A stretch of DNA of 64,000 nt, taken from Azolla caroliniana (taxonomy: Eukaryota > Plantae > Polypodiophyta). The notes under the pieces were generated by a model. The model saw only the letters and a program-made list of their open reading frames with translations. It had not been told where the DNA came from and did not search any database. Shown here piece after piece: positions 1 through 13,990 of this stretch; the first letter of the stretch is position 1; each line of letters opens with the position of its first letter. Location of the stretch: positions 22,940,001 to 23,004,000 of the forward strand of contig JBHGNT010000003.1 of NCBI GenBank assembly GCA_043228905.1, read 5' to 3'. A program made the position numbers and the translations under genes.

Positions 1-345
1 TACATCATTTGCCCAGAAAATCATATGAGTTTAATGATAATGATTCTAGATATATAATGAGCATGGGGAGCATACCTCAAATTTGGTGTCCCAACTAATA
101 TGATTTACAATCAACAAATCAAAGTATATAGTGCAAGAGGCCAATATAGTGCATTGCATACAAATAGTGTGTTCTATTGTAACCAAAAACCTATGCATGT
201 AACTATGTTTTACTTCATTTGCCTAGAAAATCATATGAGTTTAATGATAATGTTTCTAGATATATAATGAGCATAGGGTGCATACCTCAAATTTGATGTC
301 CCCACTAATCTGATTTACAATCGACAAAGCAAAGTATATAATGTA
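1..345. repeat. Direct repeat, period 210 bp
   Basis: 1-130 recurs at 211-340 with few substitutions. Confidence 0.85.
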
Positions 346-506
346 AAGTATTTTTCAATACGTTGTCATAAAGATTAAATTGGCAATAGTGTGAAACTTG
401 TAAGGAACATACGAATTCGAGTGTGGTTCTTCTCATGAAATATAAAACAATAATAGTGAAGATACTATTTTAATTAAGTTTAATATCTTGGTACAAAAGG
501 ATGGAG

Positions 507-1420
507 GTAGTTTATTACTATGCCATACCCGTTTTTCCATGGCAAACTCATAGTTTGGTCCCAATGCTTCGATCAAGGAATCTAAGTTTTTGAGCATGGC
601 TTCATTAGGAAAACAGTCATTGTCATAGTGAAAGTCTTCAGCGCAATCAAAGAGGAAAAACATGTGGTGCTTACAATGGGGCGACATTCCTAGAGTTAGC
701 AAATGGGTCGCTTTTGTGGTGATGTCATTCATTTGAGTGTAGGAGATCAACAATTTTCTTTCATCCGGATTCTTCTTGCCATTGTAAAGCATTCGACTAA
801 TCACGAACCCAAAAGTCATGAGTTGTTTTGGATTAGATACTAAATGAAATCTTGGCTCCTGAGTTGTCAGGGAGTTGCTAGGTTGTCATCTTCCTCACAT
901 TTTCTATTCATATCTTCTACTTGTGATAGTTGACGTTGTTGATGTGCCCAACCTGAGAAATGAAGAAGAAGTTGTTGATATGCTATATAGTTCATATAAA
1001 TCCCTTAAAGCACATATTAGGGGATTGACTCTTTATAATCGGAAAAGGAGGCATGCATCACATTTTCTATTAGTAATATTTACTCCCATTATTTATAGTG
1101 CCCTTCATCCTCCTCCATTGACCTCTTCGACAACTCATTTCCTAAGTATTCGAAATATGTCTTACATTTTTTAACCAATATGGCCTAGTTTAAAAAGGTC
1201 CTCAATCTATTCATTATCATGTGAAGCAATAAAAAAAATTCAAGTATGATCATCATAACAATAATAATGGGTTTTTTTTGTTGTTGTTGGCATCTACATG
1301 GCTTGATCTTATTCGAGTAGAATTTATAATAAACTTAGCCCACATCTGTAAGGTTTTTATTTAAATGCCTTTAGGTTTATCAATTCATATCAATATTTCC
1401 TACTTTGAAGAGGTCATTAT
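507..1420. repeat. ~900-bp duplicated segment, copy 1
   Basis: Highly similar to 5897-6805; the ORFs 433-819/5876-6382 and 875-1174/6313-6561 are near-identical pairs. Confidence 0.9.
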
Positions 1421-1725
1421 TTTATTTATTATCATTTTAAGGGGTTTGGCTTTTTATAGTCGGAAAAGGAGGCATGGATCACATTTTCTATTAGTAATAT
1501 TTACAACACGTTGGCGCTCACAAGAGGAAGGATCGCGCATTCCACTTGTAGAATCTTCTTTTCCGACATGGACAATCATGGCAACAATTCTACGAGCATG
1601 TTATGTTAAGGTAAAGTTTGACTAAAATCAGCCTTAATTTAAACTAATTCATGTTTCTCCATATTGGTAGTCAGTAATGTACTTGGTGAATCCAATGTCA
1701 TAAGTTTACTAACCAAGTATATAGA

Positions 1726-1841
1726 AATAGAATTGAAACATATAGAAGATTATAAAGAATAGAATATACCAAGTAAAACCCAAAATAGAATTGAAACATA
1801 TAGAAGATTATAAAGAATAGAATATACCAAGTAAAACCCAA
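1726..1841. repeat. Tandem duplication, ~58 bp x2
   Basis: AAATAGAATTGAAACATATAGAAGATTATAAAGAATAGAATATACCAAGTAAAACCCA repeated. Confidence 0.85.
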
Positions 1842-2339
1842 AATTTACAATAAGCCATAACCATTCAATCGAATAATAAGTCTGGTAAAGCCGTCTACTC
1901 AGGATTAGCTCTTTCATCAGGATTGTCCTCATTGGCTTCGTCAGTACGCTAAGTTGAATTGTTAGTATGTTTAGACTCTGAAACGTCTTCTAATTCAACA
2001 AGTTGCCCTGCGTCTTCATCTATAGTTCCACAAGTTTTCTAAAAGTCATCTGGAACATCTAAGTTTTATTGATATGCTTTGCCCCAACTTCTTGGTCTTG
2101 ATCAGGACAACCCCAGATACCTTGGATCCTCATTTTGATGACATTAACTTGCTCAAGGTCCTTCTCTAATGCAACAGAGTTCCTGATAATCTTTAAGGCG
2201 TATGTTTTAGTAGTACATGACAGTAGAATGAAATTGCACAGGTAACATCAAACTGAAGAATAGAATATAACGTTAATCTAAATTGATGTAAGTTTTATAT
2301 TATATACCTGTGTCAGAAAACTAATCTAAAACCCATTGA

Positions 2340-4480
2340 AAATTTGAAATAATAAAATTTGAAAAAATAAAAAATCTTGGATTTTTAATTGGAATCCAAT
2401 GCGATGCACTAGATTTCAGTTGAAAATCCAAGTTCTTTTTTTTTGTAATTTTTAAAATTTTTTCCATTAAAAAATAAAAAATGGATTTTCAGCTAAAATA
2501 CTATGCACTACATTATATTTTTGTATATATAGCTAGAATCTAATGCAATGCGTTGGATTAGAGTCGAAAATCCTTTTTTCTTTTTTCTTTTTCCAATGTT
2601 ATTTATTTATTTATTTTCCATATAAAAAAATAATAAACGGCTTTTCAACTGAAATCCGATACACTACATCAGATCGTAGTCTATACAGCTAGACATTGAT
2701 GCATTGCATCAGATTTTAGCTGCCAATCCTCTTTCTTTTCAATTGTTTTTCATTTTTTCAAAAAATAAATAAAAATATATTAAAAAAGTGGATTTCCAAC
2801 TGAAATCTAATGCACTACATCGAATTTCAATTAAAAATCCAAATTTCTTTTAGGTTTTTCATAAAACAATGAGATAATAAAAAAATATTACATTTTCAAC
2901 AAAATCTGAAACATTGAGTCTGATTTCAATTGCAAATTAATGTTTTATGAAAAAACATAAGAAAAATATTGGACTTTCAACGGAAATCCGATGCACTGCA
3001 TCGGATTTCTGTTGAAACTCAGTGATTTTGAACGGAAATCCGATGCACTGCATCGGATTTCCATTGAAAATCCTATTGAAAATGATCTGTTTTCAACGGG
3101 AATCCGATGCAGTGTATCGGATTCCCGTTGAAAACACATCATTTTAAATGGAAAAAAATCACAATTTGTTTATTTTTAACACTTTTTTAGAGAAAAATAT
3201 AAACAAATAAGAAAATTTGTAAACAAACAAGAAAAAGTGGACTTTCAATGGAAATCCGATGTAGTGCATCGGATTTCCGTTGAAAATCCATTTTTTTCAA
3301 TTCCTATATATTTATTTATGATAAAAACAAAAACAATTCAAAACAAATACAAAAACAAATTCAAAATATCTGAAAAATTGGAAACAAATAAGACAAAATG
3401 GATTTTCAATAGAAATCCGATGTAGTGCATCGGATTTCTGTTAAAAACACATTTTTTGAAATTTTTATTTATTTATTTATGGGAAAAAATGAAAAAAAAT
3501 TTTAAAATACAAAAAAAATATTTTAAAATATGAAAATTTGGTAACAAATAGCAAAAAGTGGACTTTCAATAGAAATCTGATGCAATGCATCGGATTTCCT
3601 TTGAAAATTCATTTTTTCAATTTCTATATAGTTATTTATGAGAAAATAGACAAACAAAATACCAAAAAAATTCTAAAAACTATGAAAATTTGGATTGAAA
3701 ATATATTTTTTCAATATTTATTTATTTTTTATAGAAAAAATTCCATTGAAAATCTATTTTTTCAATATTTATTTATTTATTATAGAAAAAATTCAAAAAA
3801 ATTCAAAAATATAAAGAAAATTTGGAAAAAAATACGTAAAAGTGGACTTTCAACCAAAATCCATTAAAAACCCATTTTTTCAATTTTTATTTATTTTTTT
3901 ATGGGAAAAATTCAAAACAATTCAAAAAAATTCAAAAAAAAAGAAAATTTGGAAAAAAATACGTAAAAATGGACTTTCAACCAAAATCCGATGCAGTGCA
4001 TCGGATTTCAGTTGAAAATCCATTTTTTCAATTTTTATTTATTTTTTTATGGGAAAAATAAAAACAAATTAAAAAACAATTCAAAAAATAAGAAAATTTT
4101 CAAAAAAATAAGAGAAATTGGATTTTCAATTGAATCCGATGCATGGAATTGGATTTCCATTGAAATCTAATTTTTCAATTTTTATTTATTTATTTACGAG
4201 TAAAATAAAAAATGTTTATTTATTTATTTATGGGAAAATGTTTTATTTTTTCAATTTGTATTTATTTATGTGTTTTCGGGAAATCCATGCAATGTATCAT
4301 ATTTTAGTCTATGTAGCTAGAATTCAATGCAATGCATTAAAATGCAAGAATATTTTTTTAATGGAAATTTTTAAAAAAATTCCAAGACTTACAGGAATCT
4401 GATGCATTATATCCAATTCTAGATGTATAGAGTAAAATTCGACATGTTGCGTCAAATCTAGATGGAATGAATCGGATTTC
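2340..4480. repeat. Array of ~16 palindromic ~50-bp units with A/T-tract spacers; foldback-like DNA transposon terminus
   Basis: Consensus TGGAyTTTCAAyGGAAATCCGATGCA(C/G)TGCATCGGATTTCCGTTGAAAATCCA at e.g. 2970, 3030, 3090, 3238, 3399, 3559, 3970. Confidence 0.8.
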
Positions 4481-5896
4481 TATACGACATCAAAGGCTTA
4501 CTATGAGAATCTAAGAAAAATGGAAAACATCTTTAAGACATTTTTTAGATTCTAATGATTTTGGTAGAAAGCTTCTCTCACATAATCTAATCTTGTAAAT
4601 GGAAAGTACATAATGAAATATCATAACCAAAAAGTGAGGAGGAAAGATGCATCAAACACATCTACTCTTACATTGGATAATGTTTATATATTAGTGTATG
4701 ACTTATCTTTGACCAAAACAAGTTATCTGTGACAGACTACAATGAAGATACTAAAAGAGGATCTGGAATGTGGCTTCAGACACAACACAAAGACAAACAA
4801 GAAGCATGACTCATAAACTCGATGAGGTTGGATTGCAATTGGATCAACATAATGCATTAGTTGCCATTGATGATGAGGATGAGACCTCATAAACTCGTAC
4901 TAGTTCATCTAATGGGTATGAAGATGATGACATAAACTTGAAAAATGATTGTCCTGATACGTTAACTATAAATATTGTATTGCACATCAAGATTTGGATT
5001 CAGAATTTCTATAAATATTGGGGTTAGTCATTTTGGACATTCATTTGTAAGTTTGGCATGTCCATTATTTAGGCATTTTTTTGAACACCTAAATTTCCGT
5101 ACATGTTAAAAATCAATATATTTTTGGGTCATTTTTAAAATTCCTTTACACATGCGGCACCCCTTTTTGTGAATCACCCTAATTTGTGTCATTTTTTTAT
5201 GGACAGTTCTCAAAATGCGACATATTACCTGTTTCAAATGTCTCGGTGTTTTATGCATGTCTTGTACCCCACATGCATCATATGCATGATGGCATCTATA
5301 AAAGAGTGGATGAAAAAGAAAAAGGGGGCTAGGTATTAATCAAGCAAGCTTTGTACTTTATATCAAAATCAATATTAAGAAAATAAAATTGTTATCCAAT
5401 TGATGATATATCTTGTTCCTCAAATCTAAAGTAAAGGTTTCAATCTTAATCTCTCTCTCCATTTCAATCTTTCTGAATTTAAAGTCAAGCGTTCTATCTT
5501 ATCTCAATCTCTCTCTCTTTTAATCTATCTTAAATACTTTCTCACTAAAGCTAGTGCAAACTTTGAATCCTTTCGGTCCAAGACCCCAGCGGTTCCGCCT
5601 CACGATCCACACGTAGTGACAGATCTTCACGACAACGTCTTTATATTAGCTTTATTCTCAAGTGTGAGCTTTAAAATTTTCTATATGATCTAATATGATG
5701 TTTCCTAATAATCTACCAAAATTCTTAGTTCTTGAAATTTGTAGGGATTCTACTGAAGGTTGGTCTTGCATAACTTGTTACAAATGAAACAACTCATGTT
5801 TCAATATATCTACAACTTATTTACCATAGAATCACCCCACAAACAAGAATATGGTGCTTCAAGTAAAGGTATTTTTTAATTAATTTTTAGATAAAG

Positions 5897-6805
5897 TAGT
5901 TTATTACTATGCCATACCCGTTTTTCCATGGCAAACTCATAGTTTGGTCCCAATGCTTCAATCAAGGAATCTAAGTTTTTGAGCATGGCTTCATTAGGAA
6001 AACAGTCATTGGCATAGTGAAAGTCTTCAGCGCAATCAAAGAGGAAAAACATGTGGTGCTTACAATGGGGCGACATTCCTAGAGTTAGCAAATGGGTCGC
6101 TTTTGTGGTGATGTCATTCATTTGAGTGTAGGAGATCAACAATTTTATTTCATCCGGATTCTTCTTGACATTGTAAAACATTCGACTAATCACGAACCCA
6201 AAAGTCATGAGTTGTTTTGGATTAGATGTTAAATGAAATCTTGGCTCTTGAGTTGTCAGGGAGTTGCTAAGGTTGTCATCTTCCTCACATTTTCTATTCA
6301 TATCTTCTACTTGTGATAGTTGACGTTGTTGATGTGCCCAACTTAGGAAATGAAGAAGTTGTTGATATGCTATATAGTTCATATAAATCCCTTAAAGCAC
6401 ATATTAGGGGATTGACTCTTTATAATCGGAAAAGGAGGCATGCATCACATTTTCTATTAGTAATATTTACTTCCATTATTCATAGTGCCCTTCATCCTCC
6501 TCCCTTGATCTCTTCAACAACTCATTTCCTAAGCATTCAAAATATGTCTTACATTTTTTAATCAATATTGCGTAGTTTGAAAAGGTTCTCATTCCATTCA
6601 TTATCATGTGAAGCAATCAGAATTTATCAAGTATGGTCATCATAACAATAATAATGGCCTTTTCTTTCGTTTTTGGCATGTACATGGCTTGATCCTATTC
6701 AAGTAGAATTTATAATAAACTTACCCCACATCTCTAAGGTTTTTGTTTAAATGCCTTTAGGTTATCAAATCATATCAATATTTCCTAGTTTGAAAAGGTC
6801 ATTGT
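5897..6805. repeat. ~900-bp duplicated segment, copy 2
   Basis: Matches 507-1420. Confidence 0.9.
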
Positions 6806-7799
6806 ACTATATATTATCATGTCAAGCAATCAAAGAAGATAATTTTCAACTAGGATCATGGTAACAATAATAATATGCCTTTTTGTTTCTTTGTTGTCAC
6901 TTGCATGCCTTGATGCTTTTCCAAGTAGAATTTTATTGTAATAATATTCCACAATTTCCATTTAAATGCTTTTAATCTCATAGAGTCAATTTGAGATGAA
7001 GCAATCAACTAAGGTACTTTTCAATTAGGATCATGGTAACAATAATAATGCCTTCTTTTCCAAGTAGAATTTTATTATAATAATGTTCTGCAATTTCCAT
7101 TTAAATGCTTTTACTCTCATAGAGTCAATTTGAGATGAGATTCAATCAATTTACCAGACAAAATGGTTTTTGAAGCCATTTATATCTATAAGTCCACTAA
7201 AACATAGACATCATTGCTCTAAAACAAGTTATACCTAACACACATTAACTCAACTCAAATAGTTTTCTCCTAGCTATATAAGAATAGTAGTCGCATAAAA
7301 GAAAAACTATTATGTCATTGTTCCCTTTTGCATTAGGTCAATGTAAGATTTTCTTTTCTCTACCTCGAAATCACACTCTATAACTTTGTAGTGGAACAAC
7401 TAGTAGACTCTAGTAGTTCCTTCAAAAGCTTGTGAGGAAGATGCAAAAATGTGTTTCAACAAATAAAGTGGTATCATGTTCATTGTGTGAACGAAAGTTG
7501 GTCTATGCCTATTTAAATTTTAAAAGGTCAATATGACTCCTTCAGTAGTAATGAAGATACCATTTTTCTTCAACAAAGGTCCTTTAAATGCAAGTGGAAG
7601 GATTTGTTCGTCTTTGTGGAGAGAAATGACAAAATGGTTTGGCAATATCTACCCCCTCGATTGTTGTTTCCTCCATAGGTGGAGTTTGTTTTACCTTATG
7701 ATATGATATATTGGGGGCTCTACTTTTTCTCTACTATCTTACCATCCACTAGATTGTATCATTATATGCTTTGTATACACTTACTGGATTGAATTGGAA

Positions 7800-10744
7800 A
7801 CTATGGTGTAGTTTTGGAAGCCGGGTGGTTGTATCATGTACACATCCTCTTCTAATTCGCCTTGAAGAAAGGCGTTCTTGACGTCCATCTGGTGGAGGTG
7901 CCACCCTTTCGCTACTCCAAGTGCGATCACGGTCCGCACAGTCGTCATCTTTGCCACTGGGGCATTTAGGTCTCTTCATAATCGACTCCATGTGTTTCTG
8001 CGTAGGCCTTTGCTATGAGTCGAGGTTTGTAGTGGTTGACGGAACCGTCAGCATTATACTTCAGTTTGTATATCCATCTGCAGCCGATTGCCTTCTTCTA
8101 GTGTGATTGTGGGAGAAGATCCCATGTCTCGTTCTTGCTGAGATCTTGCATCTCCTCGTTCATCGCTTCAACCCATCGTGGAGTAAGTTTGTGCACACCC
8201 GATGTCGTACACCGATTCATGAGGTATACGGCCGTGTTAGCCGCTTCTGCCCAGTACGACTTCGGCACATGTTTCTCGTTCATCATGACTTGTGCTACTT
8301 CAAGGATGTGCCGATTCTTTCGTTCGGCCACTCCATTTTGTTGCGGTGTGTGTCGGCAACTGAATTCTCGCCGAATTCCTTCTTTTCGAAGATATGTTGT
8401 GAACGCATTGGAGAAGTATTCCTTTCCTCTATCTGACCGAAGACGTCGTACATGACGCCCAGTTGTCTTTACGACTTCGCTTTTGAATTTTTGGAAGTGT
8501 GTAAACACTTCGCTCTTCATCCTCATGGGAAGGATCCGTGTGTATCTAGAGAAGTCATCGATGAAGGTAACATAGTACCGACATCCTCCGAACATAACCG
8601 TCTGTGCCGGTCCCCACACATCCGAGTGGACTACGTCCAATAGGCCTTTGCTCATGTTCCTCTCCTTCGGGAACGGGTGCCAATGTTGCTTGCCGAATTG
8701 GCATGCTTCACATACTCCTTCAATCTCTTTCTCTTTGAAGGTCGAGAGCCCGATGACGACTCCTTTCGATTGCATCGCCTTGAGTTTGTTGAGATTGATA
8801 TAGCCGATTCTTTTATGCCATAGCTCTATGTCAGTGTCGGATTTGAGGCCCTTTGCGTACATGGCCGATTTCACCTCGTTTGACTCGAGGATAAACATTC
8901 CACCTTCCCTTCGACCCCGAGCGATGAGTCGGCCTTCCTTGTCAATGAAGCAACCACCTTGGTTGAATCGAACTTGCATCCCTTGCTACACTATTTGGTC
9001 GACCGACACCAAATTCTTCGTTATGGTGGGTACATGTAATACATTTTTGATGCAAGTTTGTTCGTCGTCTTCCTCGAATGGGACATTTCCAATATGTCGA
9101 ATAGGATGAGTGATGTCATCTCCGGTCTCGACATAACTGGGTCGATCCGGCTCTCGTAAGTCTCGGAACCATTTTTGACGAGACCTCATATGGTTCGAAG
9201 CACCGGAGTCGAAGAACCATACACCTTCCGGATTGGAGGCATTAGTCGAAGTAGAGGCCGACATAGAATTTGCTCTATGTCTCATCACGAACATTCTGCC
9301 AAGGTCATCATAATCGGAGTTAGATGCATAATTTGTGAGTTGTTGGCTTGTGGAAGCCAACTCACGCTTCTTCTTCCGGCACTCTTCTTCATGATGGCCG
9401 ATTTTTCCGCAATATCCGCATTCGATCGAGTTTTGTTGACTCGAACCGGATTGGAGCTCCCCCTTCCAAAGGTTCCTTGATGGCTTCCGTCTTGTTGTTG
9501 AAATTGGGAGTTGTTGTCGTAAGTTGGACCTCGTCCGTCGCCTCATCCTTGGCTGAATCGGCCTCTTGTTTGACCGCATCCTCTTCCTCCATTCGAATGT
9601 GTGTACAACATGTGGCCTTCCGAGGCGTTTCTCGTTGTTCGAACATGATTCTCTTCGACCAATAACATAGATTGAAGATCAAAGAAGGAGGTCCGCACCG
9701 CACCGAATCGTGGTGTAAGGGCGTCGAGGCATATTTGCACCATTTCGTCATCCTCCACATTGACTCTTATTGAGTCGAGTGCATCACAAAGCTCCTTGAT
9801 CTTGAAGGTGTAGCTTGTGATGGACATATCCATTTGTTGGATGTTGTTCAACTCTTGGCGGAGTTGAAGCTTTCTCACGGTCGTGTTGGTGGCGAAAATC
9901 TTTCGTAGATTTTCCCACGCTTCGTTCGGCGTCTCGGCTTCTCGAATGTAACCGAGCATGTGGTCGTGAACACATGTCACCAACCAATACATTACTCGAC
10001 TCACCGCTTGCTCCCATGTTGCATAGTTTGCGTCTTTCGGGTTGGGCCGGTTTTCTTGTGCTCCTTTAATGTAGCTCCAATAGCCTTGACTGACAAGGTA
10101 TTGATGCATCTTGTACTCCCAAGATGCGAAGTTGTTTCGGTCCAACTTCTCGCTAGGGAGAGCGCTCCCCATTTGAGTATTCATGGTGTTCGATGTAGAT
10201 TTCTTCCTTCTTCTTCTCTCTTGAATACGAGTTATGTAGTCGCAATACGATAGCGATAAGCCGGTTCTTGTTGAACATCGGCGTAGAGCTCAACACACGC
10301 GGATGGGCAAGATCAAGCTACCAAACCGCTCTAATACCATGTAAAAAATCGATGGATGATTCTTGTGCAGCGAAATAGACTAGAGATATGTGTTGTGAGT
10401 GTGTGTGTATAAAAGAGAGAGAGAGAGCGAGAGCGAGAGAGAAACACAAGATAGATAGATTTGAACAACAATAGAATACTCAAGACGATGTATATTACAA
10501 AGGAGATTAACCGAACTAATTATAAAGTAGGAAGAGAGTGCTTTATATAGTCACTCTCTCTCTTCATTAACTACCGAAGCTCATGGGTCATGCGGAATGT
10601 GAAAACTCATTAGTTATGTGTCATAGAATATGATTCTATGACACATAGTTAATGTGTAGATAAGAGTGGTGAATTTTGACCTTTGAGTGCACACTCTCAA
10701 GGGTGTGTTCGCACACTATACTAAGTTGAGCTTGATTCTCAACA
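7800..10744 (-). mobile_element. Degenerate, 3'-truncated Ty1/copia element
   Basis: LTR 10340-10744 (TG..CA); PBS TGGTATTAGAGC 10328-10339; gag 9543-10184; CCHC knuckle and protease WFFDSGAS in 8986-9579; integrase 8098-8979; RT fragment QMDVKNAFLQGELEEDVYM near 7830-7900; frameshifts; no 3' LTR seen. Confidence 0.92.
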
Positions 10745-11250
10745 GCCTCAAACCAAACCAAACCGTTAAATCGTGGCTTAACGGTTTATCAGTGAAAGAT
10801 AAATAAACCGTTTAGTTTGGTTTTACATGTTATGATTCAGTTTCGGTTCGGTTCGGGTCGATTTATAGGTTAAAAAATATTCCAAAATTTTCACCTCTAG
10901 GCTCTAACTTTTAAGTTTTAATTTTAAACTTCTAGTCTCTAACTTTTTAAATTTTATATGCAATATAAATAGAGTCTCCTTTTAATGTATGATTACCAAA
11001 TTTATAATAAGTATAATGACCAAATTTATGGTATGTATGATGACCAAATTTATGACAAGTATGATAACCAAATTTATACTACGTGTGATAACCAAATTTA
11101 TGATGATTTTCTCACACAAATTCATAATATGTATGATAATCAATATCTCTACAAAATGGTTTGGTTTAGTTTTTATTTATGATAAACCGGTTTGGTTTGG
11201 TTTTAAGGCCAAGAAAATGAACCGAACCGAAACTGAACCGGGCCCATTGA
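10745..11250. mobile_element. AAACC/AACCG-rich non-autonomous DNA transposon fragment (hAT-like) with a 24-bp minisatellite
   Basis: Clusters of AAACCAAACCG and CGGTTCGGTT in both orientations; GTATGAT.ACCAAATTTAT units at 10988-11140. Confidence 0.5.
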
Positions 11251-11254
11251 TATC

Positions 11255-11793
11255 CAGAAGTTAAATTTTGTATGCTTAACATCAAGTAGAAGGTCCATTA
11301 AAGTCCTCCATGTTTTGTAGTTTTTCTTTGTTAGTTTGTCCAAGGTATACTTTTTGCTTGAACTTGCCATACTATTGCGCTTGTCTTTACAGAATATGTG
11401 CATAGTTTTGTTGGTTGTAGAAGGTGCAATAGTGAGATTTGGATTGTGCAACTATGCTCTGACACTATATAAGCGAGAATGGGACAAAATGAAACAAAAG
11501 CTAGAACAAAGAGGAGGGAAGTTTGATAAAAGTGTGTAACGAGATGAACTTTATATAAAGAAGACTATATAATTATAAAAAGTTAATGTAAAATAGTGTC
11601 ACGGTTCACCCCACACTATATACATTATATTTGATATATATAAGAGAAGTAACAAATAGTCGTTACTTCTTTGGAACGATTATTTTGTCTTTTCTAAATA
11701 CTCTTCTTGTAACTATTATTTTGTCTTTATATCCTCACAACGGTTATCTTTCTTCTCTTTAGTGAGTTTTCGTGTTAGCAAATAATCTTAACA
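11255..11793 (-). mobile_element. Old copia 5' fragment (LTR, degenerate PBS, gag N-terminus)
   Basis: LTR ~11468-11793; PBS-like TAGTGTCAGAGC 11456-11467; MASSSKKYTLDKLTKKNYKTWRTLMDLLL resembles the copia gag N-terminus. Confidence 0.6.
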
Positions 11794-11917
11794 ATACAAT
11801 TACGATTCATTCATACACATGTAATCATAGAAACACATCTACATAAAATCATACACATAGAGTCATTTATTCATAATATACATCTTCATACACAAACATG
11901 AATGAATGCATTATTAT

Positions 11918-12764
11918 AACGTAATAAACGCGTTTGTGCAAGCATACAAACGTTAGAAAACGAATACGTTTGAAAAGAGAAAAATATTTATTCGTTTTGT
12001 TCTTTTTTTTTACTTTTTTATTATTAGAACTTAGCTTACCCTAGTTGTAAGTTGTAAGCTATTATGTCTTGTGCATACTTTTGGGATGCTTCTTAACAAT
12101 CAAGTCATCTTTATCATCCTCACTTTAGAACTTTACACAAAAATGAGTATGAACTATAGAGATTGAATCAAAATATGTCATTATAAATTATAATCAAACA
12201 TTTAAAAACTCATAAAACGTATATTCGAGAATATGAAGAAAACATGGCATAGGCAGTAGTAGCATAACTTACCACTGGGGTGACCTAATTTTCTAATAAC
12301 AAAGAAAGAAAGAAAAAGAAGAAAAAGGAACATGACACTACCATAAAAATTTGTCGTGACCTAATTTTCTAATAACAAAGAAAGAAAGAAAAAGAAGAAA
12401 AAGGAACATGACACTAAACAAGAGGATATTAGAAAGTTGGGATTCAAACCCAAGACACAAGTAATAGTAGCACAACAATTTACCACTAGGTTGTGCTTAG
12501 TTATAATAATAAATAATCAAAAGAAAAAAACTATTATAATACTAATATAAAAATGGTACTAATGAGAGAGAGAGAGAAAGTTGTGAAAATTGAGAATCGA
12601 ACCCAAGACATAAACAGCAATAGGATGACTCCTTACCACTAGAGTGAGCTGGATTGTAATAATAACATGTGAAAAAAGAAATAAAAAAAAGTACATATTT
12701 TTCCCATTTCAAACGTATTCATTTCCAAACTTTTGAATGCTTGCACGAACACAAATATTACGTT
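11918..12764. mobile_element. ~850-bp non-autonomous TIR element carrying tRNA-like cassettes
   Basis: Imperfect ~60-bp TIRs 11918-11977 and 12707-12764; interrupts an ATTC/CATACA-rich tract. Confidence 0.6.
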
Positions 12765-13439
12765 CTATGTGAATCACATGTATAGAGTTATTCTACATGC
12801 ATACAATCATTTACAATACATATTCATTCATTTATATGCATACATAAATGATAGATTCATAAAATCATTCATTCATGCATGGATACAGTCACAAAAGGAT
12901 ACATGAATACATTTATACACAAGCAATCATTCACGTGTATAGAGTTACTTATTCATGATTACATGCATACATTTATGCACAAGCATTCATTCACAAGTAT
13001 AGAGTTATTCATTCATGATTACATGCATAAACTCATACACATACATACATTTGAAGACATTGATACAATCATTCATTCATACACGTACAAAAGCATAGAC
13101 ATAACAAGTGCCTTTTAATTATGCATCCTTTCATTGGACCCCAATCCTAAGCCCTACTTTTGTTTCAAATAGGGTAATGAGCGAGAATAAAAATTAAAGT
13201 GAAAGCCTCCAACATGAGGAAACAAGGCACATGATGAGATCCAATTGGGGTCATATATTGGCAAAGACTACAATGAGCTCACCAAAAGATTCAAGAATGA
13301 GTTGGTCGATGACTCATAATTAAGAAGTGAAGGTCAATGTGCAAATGGGGCTTATAGGGGGTGAAAAGAAATACGGCATGCCAAATCAACCACTTGGAAA
13401 TGATGTTAGGGATAAGGACCAAAATGAAATATATGACTT

Positions 13440-13990
13440 GACGATTGACCACTTGAATGCCTTGGAAAGGATCCCAAGGATAGAAGAGATACATAAATCC
13501 ATTTTCAAGGGTTATGTTGAGGAAAGGACCCTAACAAGCATCTTGGCAAAAAGGAGGGTGGGTGAACTAGATTTGATGGATTGTTTAGTATGCATAGGTT
13601 ATGTGTGGAAGGAATGGTTGTCATAGAGTTGGAATGCAAAAGATAAACAACCCTAGAGTTGGATGTGAATAAAGGGGGAAGTATTCTACAATATGTTTGA
13701 AGAGGAAAAGATTATCTACAATGCATAAGTGACAAGGACAAACATTTTTGCCCAAAACTCTTATGCAGACAATGAAGTGTAAGTTAAATGCAAGAATGTC
13801 AATATTTAACATTTTGCTCAAACTACGTATCTATGCAAGAATAAGGACTTCTGCATGCTCATAAGGAAAAGTAGTGGTGTATGTTAAAAAGAGATATTCT
13901 TCTATGATAAGCAAGTTCTTAAATGCTATTATATGAGCACAAGAGCTAGAACTCAAGCTCACAAGATTGGGAATTAGATTGCCTAGGCTT
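13440..13990 (+). mobile_element. Highly degenerate LINE RT remnant
   Basis: LERIPRIEEIHKSIF resembles the P..EEI...IF region upstream of L1 RT; downstream frames are full of stops. Confidence 0.3.

Noticed and set aside
2340-4480. CRISPR array
   Set aside because: Eukaryotic context, no cas genes, spacers are long low-complexity A/T tracts of variable length, and repeat orientation flips
10985-11264. Repeat-protein ORFs
   Set aside because: Translations of a 24-bp minisatellite
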